Source: Tricharina praecox (Eukaryota). Taken from it: a stretch of DNA of 64,000 nucleotides. This document shows, in pieces, positions 22,511-35,401 of this stretch. The position numbers and the translations under genes were made by a program. Below the pieces are notes generated by a model, which was given only the letters and a program-made list of their open reading frames with translations, was not told the origin of the DNA and made no database searches. The DNA is taken from contig NW_026250425.1 of the NCBI RefSeq assembly GCF_024521635.1, forward strand, positions 186,001 to 250,000. Direction: 5' to 3'. The number at the start of each line of letters is the position of its first letter. Position 1 is the first letter of the stretch.

Positions 22511-25434
22511 ATCGCCTCCCCGCCTCCGTACAACAACCTCCACGCGGCAACACATACTTCCTACCATCAGCTGTCTGTCAGACCCCACCCCATTCCAGCT
22601 CACCGATCTCGCCCTACCATCTCACACCAAACGGCTCCAGTCGTGACAGCGGTCTCATTGGCTCAACGACGTCTTCGGTATTGCCTCCCGCCGCCCATGT
22701 GCACCACAGACTCGGTGAGGGCAAATGCCATCTTTGATGGTATGACTCTGATAGCAAGATTGACCCTCCGGTCTTGTCTGTATGGCTAAACTGTGCTGGA
22801 AATATTTGCCGGATCACAGTTTGGATGTCGATATATGATAGGCACCGGCATTCCCATCCCGCCCTAGAGTGGTTTGATACACACAGCAGAAACTCCGGTC
22901 ACTGGATTAGGGAACCAGTGTGTAGCTTCGCGGCACGAGCGCTGGTCCACGGTCGATATTTCGCACTTGTATCGTGCCATATCTGGGCTTGACCTTGCCG
23001 CTCCGAACCGTCAGATCTAGGCGTCGTTTGTACACATCACTTTCGGTTGACTGCTACAACACTGGAAGTGAAATATCATACCGCCTACCTGTAAACAGAT
23101 CGTGGGGAAGGAAATGGGATGTTGTGGGCTACAAGAGGAACCACGATTTCTACATACATTGGGCACCTGAGGACAAGAACACCAAAGGGCAACCGAGTGT
23201 TGGTGCCATGAGATGACCACTAGAGAGCGAGTGGAGGAGAACGATATAAAATGATTTCGATCAAAGTTTAAGTGCGGTGCTACAAGCTGTGAACATCCAA
23301 CTCGTCTTGAGAGAGAGAGATCTTCCTGTTTTATTTCGCATGCAGCCTATCTAGACTAGGTATGGCGAACCAACGAACTCCTTTTCCTACCCGCCCTGGC
23401 CAGTCGAGGTGAAAGCCCCAGTATCGGCCAGTCTGATGCGGCGCCCCACTTCCCCTGCCCATCCGCCTCGGGCCGACAGAAGCAAAATCAACTCGTCCTG
23501 AATAAATATTACTCATATATTATCACTCGTCCTACGAGTGACCTTTTGTGTATAACCGTAAGCCTTTGATGACGCCAACCTTCATAACTCCGAATAAGCT
23601 TCACGGAGGTCGCACCGGGTGCTGTCACTCAGTAAATGTTGATCAGGACTGGCAGCAAAAGTTCTTGGAACCCTTCCCAAATGTTGAAAATCATTGCGTT
23701 CCTCAGTTTTTATTCATCAACCATTTAACACCATTTCTTTGGGTTGATATGTTTCCTTCTGTCCCTTGGCTCATCTAACTGATATGTTGCCTCCCAGAAA
23801 AAACGATCCGGACGAGGGAAACAAAAAAACGAAGGTGATATTTCCGCTGCGGAAACATCCGCCAGAACCTCGCAAGCTACACCGAGGGAGGTTTATCCTT
23901 TTCACCGTTATGTACTTCTTTCGTCCACCGTGCGAAGGAAATGGTCTTTCCTTCGGCCTCGGTTGCGAGCCATGGCCAAAGACTCCGGTCAATTCTGTTA
24001 TTTTCCGGTAGCTGCACAAGGGAATCGGATCGGCTTGAAACGATTATCATACGCTCTGACAAAGTGACATCCCTAATCGATTAGCATAACTAGTACCCAG
24101 GTCACGCTGGTGGTTTGGAGCGGTGGATATACCAAGAAGCAATACCTCTTGCATATGATGCGATTAGGGATGTACCTACCCTACATATTGAACGGTTATG
24201 TACCAACTCACCCATCAACCAGCCGGTTTGTTTGGAGTAACATGCTTCCTAAGCCTTTTCCGGAGACGATTCTCCCTTACAATGTCCAAAGGAGTTTAGA
24301 AGTTCGGAATAATGGGCAGTGATTGTAAGGTTTGTCTTCATATCCCATGCCAACCTTCGCCATCCATATTCCATGCGAATATTCGCTCCACAATACAAAC
24401 CGTGCACGGGAAGTCAGGTGAGATTAGTCATCATCATAACCCCTCACTCTTCAATAAGAGTTTCGGCAGCGGCCCTATGGTCGAATGACGATTTATGAGT
24501 CACTTGATGTCTTGGCTGCATGTCGGTCATTAGCCTGGCTGGCTGGCTCCTTCCCTGTGCGGCTCTAGATAATTTTCGTGTCTCCTTTGCTTCTGACCAC
24601 ATCTGCGCGCAAGCCGACTGCCCCCGGAGAGCTGTCAGATCGCCAAATAGCAACACCAAGCTTGGGTTCTAAAGTCGTGGGCTCCGCTTCCTTCTCCTGA
24701 TCAACTTTCTGCCTATCACGCGTATGTAATAATAGGCCCTGAGTGTCTCACAAACCTGAGTCATTGACCACCTGTGGATGACTGACTGATCTGGACTTGA
24801 AGAAGCCATTACCTACTAAAGGCCCCTCCACCCCCCCATTCCCGCCCATTCAACCACTTCCTCCCTTCAAACGACGACGGATACCCACGACTACTAAACC
24901 TCTCGAACGCGATAAACGCGATGTCCGCCTAAATCCTCAGCCCATCCAGCCCACCAGCTCTCTGGCGCTCTAGCTACTTCCATCTAGTAACTCAGCATTG
25001 CATCAGCTCGGCAACTCCCCTCTCACCTACTCCAAAGGAAGAACAGTAGCTTCAGCATCCCACTCTACCCCAAGATGTTCCATCTTCACCGCATAACTAC
25101 AAAAACAACCTGGTTCCTGGTTATACTGCATCTATTACTCCTGCTTGCTGCCCTGATAGGCAATCTAAACCAACGTCATCTCCTTACCCTTACCGGAGCT
25201 GTTTGAAGAGAACAATCCGCTTTTTTTTCTCTTATTTGCCAATTTATTCCATCTGAATTGAATCTTTGCTCTGTTGAAGGACCGAAAGGATTTGGGACAT
25301 CTAAGGGCGGCCTTCGTGTTAAAAACCAGGTATGTCCAGCCTCGGTGGCCAACTGTTACGAGTACAACTTACCAATGCGCGCGCGCAGATAATCCCCGGA
25401 GGTGCATCCCCCATAGACCCGCGATCAAACCACC

Positions 25435-28340
25435 ATGTCCAGTATCTTTACCTACAACCCGTCCCCGCCGAAGCCGGCATCCCCGTGGACGAGCTCGCCG
25501 TCCACAACGCCGCAACCCTCCTCCGATGACCCAGAACAGGTCATGACCGATGTCCCGGGCCATCTCAAAACGTCGTCCTCGCGCTGCCGTAGCGGCTTGG
25601 TCGTGAACGGGGACAGTGGGGAAGCGATGACCGAGGATGGCGAGTCGGTTCATGGCCTTGCCGCAGAACCGCAGATCGGCCCGACCGAGTACAAGCTCAG
25701 TCTGGTGAGAGGTGGGAAGAGTGAGGGCCGCTTGGAGCAATTGACTACCCAGCTGCTGTGGCGATTACAGCAGAGTACTTCGTAGGTCACTCTTTACTGC
25801 GGTCTGTGATGGTGGATGTTGCCGCTGACGCGCGCGCGATTAGATACCACGGAACTAGCCTTGCATCGAAGTCACCCGAGGCCATCAGCTCGCTCCTTCA
25901 GGAATCGAAAGGTGCGCTCTACGAGATCGGAATCGCGGACGACGGCACATTCATCGGACTAGAAGAGGAAGAGCTGGAGGCATCACTCGACGTGCTGCGC
26001 ACCATGGCCGAAAAGCTCGGAACCAGCGTTACCGTAACACGGAAAGTCTTTGTCAAGACGGTGGAACAAAGGGATGTCGACCATGCAAAGTTTAAACTGG
26101 CGGAGCATTTGATCGCGCGAGCGCGTGGGAAGGCTAAGAATGGGAGGGGGAAAAACTTCAAAGAAGTCCCGGACCTGGCGCATTATGAGGTCGACCCTGC
26201 CGATGCCGAGAAGTTCCACATTCCGAAATTGGGGGCGAGGCTGTGGGTCGCGGAAGCACTCATCAAACCCTATGATGGGACCAATAGAATGGATGCTACT
26301 TCGGGTGGGGATTCACGGCCGGCCGAATCGAATCATACCGAGCAACTGAGGATTTCGCTGACGGGATCCACTACCTGCGGGAAAAGTACCCTGTTGGGCA
26401 CCCTGACTACCGGGGATCTGGATAATGGGCGTGGAAAGAGCCGGCTTTCTTTACTCAGACACAGGCATGAATTGGTTACCGGTGTTACCTCTTCGGTTGC
26501 CTGGGAGATTGTAGGATACAAACCGGAAGGTTCGATACCGCCGAGCGACGAGGATGCAGACTGCGGATTCTTCGGGGGTGCGGAACCAGAGCCTGACGAT
26601 GATGGCGCATCAAGGGTGGTCAATTACGCTACCGGGAATATCTCCTCATGGACTGATATTCATGGTGCGGCCGAGGGTGGAAGAATTGTCTTCATGTCGG
26701 ATTCCGCTGGACAACTCAAGTATCGTCGGACTACAGTTCGCTCCTTGGTTGGATGGGCGCCTCACTATGCCGCCATTATCATTCCTGCGAACGACTGCGA
26801 GAGCGAAGACGGCACCCCCGGGCTTAGCGATGCCAGTCGTATCCACATGGAGCTATGCATTAAACTTGATCTTCCACTCATCGTCATCTTCACCAAGATG
26901 GATATCGCGTCCAAGACTGGGTTGAGGGCAGTACTGTCAAGCGTTCTGAGCACACTAAAGGCATCCGGAAAGAGGCCGCTTATGGTCCAGAAGTCTGCAA
27001 AGATTATGGATACCTGCACAGCGGTTGCGGCAGAGCCTGACGTTGCGGTTCCCATCGTGTTTACTAGCTCAGTGAAAGGTGATGGTATCAATCTGGTCCA
27101 TGACCTGCTGATGAACCTGCCTATGCCCAAGCCTCCGGTACTTCCGTGCGCCGATGATGCAGTCCGTCCGCTGCCGAATACCAGTCTTACCGGAGTCATG
27201 AAGGGGATTGAAGATCTGGCCATCACCGGAAGCGGCAGAAACATCGAGGCTAGCGCCGAAGACGACGAGTTTGAAGGGGACCCTGAGTTGACGACCCTGT
27301 TCCATGTCGAGGAGGTCTACGGAATGAAGCCATCCACCGATTCAGACCAGAAAATCGGCGGATCAGTAGTTAGTGGCCACGTCCGCTACGGCAAGGTCTC
27401 CATCGGAGATAAACTCGTCGTTGGTCCGTTCTACTCCGGCGTCGAAACCCATCGGTCTCGTAGCGCGACACCGACTCCAATAGCGACTCCAACAGTGCTA
27501 GGCTCCTCATTGCTATCGGTGTCTGCCGGCCGTGGCCACGGAAGTCTCCTTTCCCGCTCCCCCGAGAGCGGCGATGAAAGTGCTGGCCGCAGCCCACCCG
27601 GCAGTCGCGGACGGAGACGATACGACATCGAAGAAGACGAATGGCGGCTCGTGCGCGTGGTCTCCGTACGGCGCCTGCGCCTTCCCGTAACGACACTCTT
27701 CGTTACGGAAGCGGGCACTATTGGCGTAATCCCTATCGACGAGGAGGAGCAAGAATCCGCCTCCGATCCTGACACTCTCATAACCATAACTGCCGCCGAC
27801 CCATCCCCTGTCACACAGCCAATCGACATCTGCCGTCGCGGCTCTCCATTCAAGGCCGTCACCTTCGCCTCCCCACCGCAAGAGAAGGAGCCCGAAGAAC
27901 TGCGGCTGCGAAAAGGAAACGTCATCCTCAACCGCTCCCATCCCGGGAAATCCCCGTGGATGAAATCGTACACCGGCTTTTCCGCGGAACTCGACGACAA
28001 CGACACTGCCGCTATGAGTATCGCCGTCGGGATAGATGTGATAGTGTACATTGCCTCCGTGCGCGCGGTAGCACGTGTCGTCTCCGTCGACCCGCCGCCA
28101 ATACACCATCTCCCTCCCGCTACCGAGAAGGTGGATATGTTTGGCTTCGACGATGATGGTAATGACGATGAGATTGCTGGTGGACACGCGGTGAGACGGT
28201 TTGGCTTTGAGTTGGCAGGTGCCGAGTGGATTGAAATGGGCGCAAAGGTGCTGGTTATGAAGAATCGGACCGGAGGTGGCGGCAATGGGATGGAGGTTTT
28301 TGTGGGGAAGGTTGTTGAGCGGAGAGAGGGGTCGGTGTAG
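25435..28340 (+). CDS. GTPBP1/GTPBP2-like translational GTPase, 2 exons
   Basis: N-terminal EYKL..QLLWRL and ALYEIGIADDG; G1 GSTTCGKST; RHRHELVTGVTSS; G3 DSAGQ; G4 TKMD; TSSVKGDG; beta-barrel VVSGHVRYG. One intron at about 25782-25843. Confidence 0.88.
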
Positions 28341-28950
28341 TGGGGGGAAGTTCTTTTGGCGGTTAGTTTTGGACCGTTTTTTTTTTGAGAATTTTGGATT
28401 TCGCACTGCGTTAGTTTTAGTTATTTTGATGTCTTGATATTTTGAAGATTAGAGATTTGGATTTTAGATGCATGTTTGGTTTTGATGAGGGGTAGTGAAT
28501 CCCCTTCAGCTTGATGAATCGCTTGAATGGTGATTCATGCCTGTCGGCAATGGCGCCGGTGACGGTCGTGGTGTTCGGATAGATGTGTCTCATCCCTCTT
28601 GTACTTGGTGATGTGGGGTCGGAGGAGTTGGCCGACGTGGAGGACTTGGGCACAATCAGAAGTCCATTATTTCCGCCAATCATTTCGGCACTGTTATCAA
28701 CCCAGTATTGTTGTTCACTAATCTACCACCGAAGCTGGCCAAACAGTGTGCAAGCGTTGGCTAACTAATACTTCTACACCTGATGTCACTCAGCTGTAAG
28801 TCGGGCGGTGAGCAGAAACTATTCCTCATCGCATTTATTTAAGGTTCCCCATAGGTAATCCATCTTTAAAACAGTAAACACGTGCTTCCCCCCCCAAAAA
28901 AAAAAAAAAAAAAAAAACCAACATACTCTATGTTAGTATCCATCTCTGAT

Positions 28951-31826
28951 CTAAACATCCGCCCTAGCTCCCGCCGGCGCCGCCTCCGCAACCCAATCCA
29001 ACTGCACCGCCGAGCACCACCTCGCAAACGGACGAGACGTGTACACATATTCGTGATACACGATCGCTTCTTTGCGCAGGCCAAACAGAATACTCGCCGG
29101 ATGGATGGCGACTGTCTGGTGTCCGAGAACAGTGAGGTACTCCCTCCCGTCCGGGGCGGCTCTCGCAGTTTGGTGAAAGTACCCACGCAGGAACGATTTG
29201 AGAACGCGCTGGGCAAGGTCGGGGGAGATGACATCGAAGGACATGGAAGAGAAGAAGGAGGGGTCCGCAAGTGATAGGGAGATGCAGTATTGTTGCAGTT
29301 GCTTGCGGATGTCGAGGAGGTTTTTGAAGGCGGGGAGAGAGATGTAGTTGGTGGCGCACCAGGACTTGATGCTGGTCGAGTTTGAGGAGGAGGACATGGT
29401 GAAGTCGTAGGCGCGGACGACCTCGAGGAGCATGATGTGATCGCCCTCGCTGCGCCGGAAGGCCTTGTGGACTTCTTCCATTGCGACGCGGTCTTCGTCG
29501 TTGGCGGGCTGCGGGAACAAGTTGTCGGATGAGAGCGCGGCGATGACGTCGACGACCTCGGGAAGGCAGGAGAGGTTGGACTCGGCGGCGGCAAGAAGGA
29601 CACGTGCGAGGGGCGGGGCAAGTGGAAGCTTGGCCATCTTCTTACCGATGGTGGTAATCTTGCCGCCTTCGTTGAAGGCACCGAGCGAGTAGAGCTGGTT
29701 TAACGCAGTCATCAAGCTTTCCGTTTTGGGGGGTGAGAGGTAGTCGAAGTTGACCACATCATCCTGGCCACGGGCCTTGAGCGTGAGAATAGCATGTGCC
29801 AAATCCGTTCGTAGAATCTCTGGTTTCGTAGCCTCCTTGAGCTCGTGGAAGGCGTCCTCGGTGAAGAGACGGTAGCACTTTCCAGGAGCTTCACGACCCG
29901 CACGTCCTCCCCTTTGTTGAGCCGAAGACCGCGAGATCGACGTCACGAGAAGCGACTCCAGTCCCAGCTTCGGACGGAACTGCTTCAGCTTTGCTTTACC
30001 ACAATCAACTACATACCGCACGCCTGGTACCGTGACGGAGGTTTCGGCGATGTTGGTGGACAGGATCACTTTGCGGGTATCTCTCTCGCCGGTAGGCAGG
30101 AAGATCCTGCTCTGTTGGGCCAGTGGCAGATGAGCGTAGAGAGGGAGCACAAGCATCTACGCACAATCAATACGATGTACGGATGAGAGAAATAATGGAT
30201 GCGAACCTTAGGAACCCCCGCCTCTAACTTCGTCGCATATTCTTGAATCGTCCTCTTAAGTGTCTCAATCTCCTCCTGACCTGTCAGAAACACCAAGATA
30301 TCTCCCGGCAACGGCTCGGCGTAGTGAATCTTGAACACCGCCTTCAGCGTCCCCTCAAGGTAATCCTGAATCGGCTGCTCCAGGTAGTGCATAACGACCG
30401 GATACTGCCGACCGGGCACCTCAAAGACAGCAACACTCCCGAAATACGGTGCCACGCGCTCGTCCTTAGCAATCACTCCTTCGAGCTTCCCATCGGCTTC
30501 CGGTTCTGGCGATTTGACCACTTCCCGGACGGGAGAGGGCGTGCGGGAGCGGATGAGATCTGCTGGGTTGTATTGTCCCTTATTTTTCTTCTTCTTCTTC
30601 TTTTTGGCCATCTTGTCGCTCTCCGCATCGCCATTGGTTGGTTCTTCAATGTTCGTCGGTGTCGTCTCCATTGCCTCGGGGGTCTCCTCCACTATCTCCT
30701 CAGCCGGCAGCTCAATCCCAGCCCCCTTATTCTCCTCAAAGAACCTCGCCATAGCCTCCATCTCAAGCGTAGCACTCATGATGACGACCTTCAGCTTGCC
30801 GCGCCTCTCGCCGTACACCAATTTCCTCAAAAATCCCATGACCAGATCCGTCCCCACCGTGCGCTCGTGGGCCTCATCGACGACCACCGCAGAATACCTC
30901 TTAAGTAGCGGATCTCTGAGCATCTCCTGAAGCAACATTCCATCGGTCAAGAACTTGATCCGCGTCTTATCCGAGCTTTTATTCTCAAATCTGACCGAAT
31001 ATCCCACCTCCTCTCCCAAGCGCACACCCATCTCCGCCGCCACACGTCGCGCAAGATTGATCGCCGCAACTCGTCGCGGCTGGGTAATCGCGATACATCC
31101 ACCCCGCTTCATCCACGGCTCGTCAACAAGAAACTGCCCAATCTGTGTCGACTTTCCGGAACCAGTTTCTCCGAGCATGACGAGGACGTTGCGGTCACGG
31201 AGACATTGACGGAGGGCGTCGCGGTGCTGCCAGATGGGCAGTTGCTCACGTTGCTTCAGGAGCTGTGCGGCGGTGCCGGCTCCGGCCACTGGGGATGCCG
31301 ACGACTCGTCACGTTTCTTGCGGTCGAAAACCTTCGGCCCGTCTCGTCTCTTGAGGTCCAGCACTCGTGGTGTTGCCGTGCCATTGAGTAGCGGAAACTC
31401 TGTCGCGGGTGCAGCGAGCTTCCGTCTCTTCCCCGTATTCGCCGTGGCGCCAGAGCCCATCGCTTCTCGCAGGCGCTTCCTTCGCTCAGCGTCATCTCCA
31501 CCATCCTTCACCGTAACATCTTTCGGATCCGTCTGCTTCAACCCCTCCACCCTCTTTCCAAACGCCACGGCTTTGAGCTCCTTGCGCTTCTGGCGGTTTG
31601 ACTTTTCCGCCGGCTCCTTCACGTCGCCATTCTGCTCTGCCGGTATGGGCGATGTTGGGGACGCGCGATCTGGTGGGGGCAGAAGCTTTTTCGCGCTCGA
31701 CGGCTTGCCGTACGTTTTGATGTGCTTTCGTTTTTTCGCTGTGGGCGAGGCCGAAGACGGGATTTTGAAGACGTTGGCCGGCGGCGCCGCGCCTGACGTG
31801 GTCAGGTTGTCGTTGAAGAGGGACAT
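28951..31826 (-). CDS. DHR2: DEAH-box RNA helicase Dhr2 (DHX33-like), 2 exons
   Basis: GETGSGKSTQ, TQPRRVAA, DEAHER, MSAT, FLTGQEEIE, STNIAETSVT and QRGGRAGREAPGKCYRL; basic low-complexity N-terminus; intron at about 30207-30157. Confidence 0.85.
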
Positions 31827-32230
31827 TGGCGCTGTCGGGTTTGTCGTGGTGGGGACCGTCGTGCGAGATTGAGGTGGGAAAAAAAGTGCAGTGTGCTTAG
31901 TGCAAGGATCTGGATTCTAGAGCAGTTACCATGTGGCTTATGCGGCTTCTCTGCGGTCGTACATACGAAGTTCGAGGAAACTTTATCTTCATCACAGACT
32001 ATTGCGCCTATGTATCATGCCAATCCCCGAGATTTCATTACTATTTTACGCTCATCCCATCACCATTAACCCCACAACCGTACCAATGGATATCCAACAA
32101 GAAACACCGTAAACCGCGCAAGTAGAATCTATCATCCCTCATAACCCTCATTCCTAAACCATGTACAGAAAAGATAGTAGGTATAGTTGGTATACAAAAA
32201 GATAGTAGGTATACAGAAAACAATGACCGA

Positions 32231-34473
32231 TTAACACTTCAGCACCACACCTTTCCTCTTCTCCGCCTCACGGAGCTCAAACATGATATGCACAGCCACG
32301 TAGATCGCCACGAGCGCGAGGAGGAGGAAGCCGAAGCCGTGGAAACTCGAGAACATATCTGCCGCAGGAATTCAGTCAGTGGGCGGCGGTCGCTCGGAAT
32401 AAGGAGTGGGGGCTCACCTTTCATCATATCTTTCAGCCCATCAACGCCAATCGCAAACCCCACCAAGTTGGCGGACATCATCATGAGAATGTTGGCCACA
32501 CCTCCGAGCGCGCACAGATTTCGGTACAGGACCTCTCGGCCCACGAATTTCTTCGGACTGAAAACCTTGCGCGCTAGGATCTCGGGAACGACAAAGAGCA
32601 CGACCAACCATCCCCACGCGAGGAGCTTGAAGCTTAGGTCATGCCAAAACGCGACAAATGTGAAAACCGCAACCATGTTGATGATTGGTCTTTGGGCACC
32701 GCCGATGGGGATGTAGATGTAACGGACGATCCAGCGGTTGAAGGAGCGGTGCCAGGCGCGCCAGAAGGCGAGCGCCGAGAAGTTGTTGCTCATGCAACGG
32801 AGCATGTTCTCGGGTGGGTCTACGCCGTCGACGAGTGCCCACAGCCGGAAGAACCGCCACGGGATTAGGAGCTTGAGCCAGATTATGTGCAGGTTAAAGT
32901 AGCCGATCATGGCGAGCTGCGCCGGGGTGTCGTTTGCCCAGCTGCCGCGGGATGCAGTCTTGGAGATCGCGACGACGTAGAGGTAGTGAAGGACCACTTC
33001 CATACTGAGGATGGCGAAGGCGAGGCGCACGGCGTAGAGGAGGCTGCGCCGGACGGTAAGCGTCGGAGTCGAGTATTTTTGCTGTAATGAGTCCAGTTAG
33101 CAGCCGGAACCATGGTGTCAGCGAACAGATAACACACCTGGTGGATAAAGTCGTTGAACGTCAAGATTGGGCCAGCGAGATACAGCGGCGTATAGAGGAT
33201 GTACGCGAGGTAGTTCAACAAGCTGTAATCCTCTGGCCTGGCAGGAGTCTCGATGCGATCACGCTCATCCACGTGGGCAGGATCCGCATGCTTTTTCTTT
33301 AATTCCGCGTTCAACATCAGCCGCTCTTCATCGCCCGAGTCATCCACCGCTTCATCGTCGTTTTCCCCGTTTGCGCGCTCAGGATCGGTTCTCTCTCCGC
33401 CTTCTCCCTCCCCCTCCGCCGCGGAATGATGTTGAGCTGTTGCCAGACGACCTACCTCGATAACACTTCCCGCCTCCCTTTCGGCGCCCTCATCTCGTCG
33501 TACCGCCGCCCAGTAGTGGTCCATGTTATAGGAGATCAACCGCAATACTGTGATGTTGAATGACACTTCCCACCGGCTCAGAATCCCGCCGCCCATGAAA
33601 TGGTCCATCCAATAACCCACCCCCTCGCCTTCTCCGGCAATCAAGAAGGGTAGGATCTCGCGGAATCTGTAACCCTTGAAGTACTCATTCGCGAACAAGA
33701 CGCCGATGTTGAAGACCCACGTAAAGAGCGGAACCAGTCTCGACGACGGATGAAAGTACGAGATAGAAAAATTCAGCAGCAGGATGACCAGGATCTTGAT
33801 GACGCTGAGCGAGTGCAACCCCGTGAGAAAGATCAGCGCGAAGAGGATATCGAACAACTTCCGGCGCGTCAAGTTGTGGTTCGGACGGTAGGAGGAGTTC
33901 TGCGGCGGTGCCGGGAAAGCCCTACTATACACGAAATTGAAGATGCGACGGAGCACAAAGTGTAGCGCTAGCAAGGAGAACAAGACAGGTATATTGTTAC
34001 GAAAGCTGGCATACTGCTGGTCCGAGTTGTCGACCATCCTGCCGGGAATCCAGCCCGGCGACAGCAGGTGTTTGTATTTGGAGAAATTCGGATGCGATTC
34101 TAACTCTCCATTAGCGACCATTCCACCGAAACCGGGACGGTTCATCCCTCGGGTCCGATTGCGCGCGCGCCATGTGCATACCTTTGCTCACATCGTGCGC
34201 TTTCTTGAACATCATCGGCACCAACGTCGCAAACACGAAGTAGTAGGCGAAGAACTCGGGCGACTTCCATTTCGACGGCTCCGTATCATCTTTCTTCCAG
34301 CCCTGCGGGCTTTGCGGTGTTGTGACTGGTGCGGATGACCCCGAATGGGAAGGGCCAGATATGGACGGCAATCGGCGGTTCTTCGGGGGTGATGACGAGC
34401 GCAGTTCGGCGGTGATGCGGTAGTCCAACACGTCCAGGGAGAACACCGATCGTAACAGTGATATTGGCCCCAT
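32231..34473 (-). CDS. GUP1: MBOAT-family O-acyltransferase Gup1, about 5 exons
   Basis: [75 protein letters not shown] and FVAFWHD; stop TAA 32233-32231. Confidence 0.93.
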
Positions 34474-35401
34474 CACTTCTCAGGATGGGGGATGTAAAGG
34501 ACAGAACAGGAGTCGGTGGGTCGACCAAGGGAGTGTGTGCGGTTGCTCCGGCCGGTTGTCGGTGGAGGAGAACGAACCGAGGAGGTTGAGTCTAGTTTAT
34601 CGCAGTGCGCAACCCCGGATCTCCAGAAGAAAGGAGATTAGATCAAGGATGTGGTCGGACGTGTTTTTTCCGCAGCGGAGATAGCAACGGTCGTGAGGAT
34701 TGTTAAAGAGAACTTAGGTCGGAGTATCGAGGAGATGGAGATGGCCACATCTGTCTACTCAAGACAAGCCGAGGTGGTTGTAGGCACAGGATCTCTCTGT
34801 CATCCAGAGGGCTCAACAATTCCTCGTGTAGGCAACTCGGCACGCGTGCATCAACCAAAAGCAATTATTAGCCTTGAACACTCATCCGTCCAACTGCCAA
34901 GTGTCCCCTTTTTGCTTTGATTGGAAAGAGAGCGCTCTGAGGAACCGATTTGTAGAGTATTGTGCATCCAGAGGATGACATAATAGATACATCTTAAAGT
35001 GAGTACCCGAGTATCCAGGGCTCGGAGTGTGAAGATTCCGAGAATATTAATTTGGCCGACGGTTAGCCCCTCACGTTTGATCGTTGTTCGGCTTCACAAG
35101 ATTGTTGTGAAATTGCAGATCATGTACCAAGCCCCCTGACTTCGGCTCGATAAATTTATCCGATGGGGAAGCAGACTCAGATTAGTCATCGGCAACTCCC
35201 GTGTTTGCAACGTGATCGAGTAACTATCGCGTTGCCAGTCGCGTCACCCCACAGTAATCCCTTCCTCTTTGTCGAAATCCCCACCTTCGTGATCTTCGTG
35301 GCGACACGACCCCTCTATCGCCACCAATACCCAAGGTCATTCATCGAAAAAGTCAGCGCATGCCGGGTTCGGTAGGCAGACATAGCCATACAACCGCAGA
35401 C

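Noticed and set aside
28887..28917. C8 followed by a long A run (also the G run near 12891)
   Set aside because: Homopolymers in 3' intergenic DNA with no target-site duplication or retrocopy body.
6241..31826. U3 snoRNA and DHR2 (both small-subunit processome components) in one window
   Set aside because: They are more than 22 kb apart with unrelated genes between; no evidence of functional clustering.
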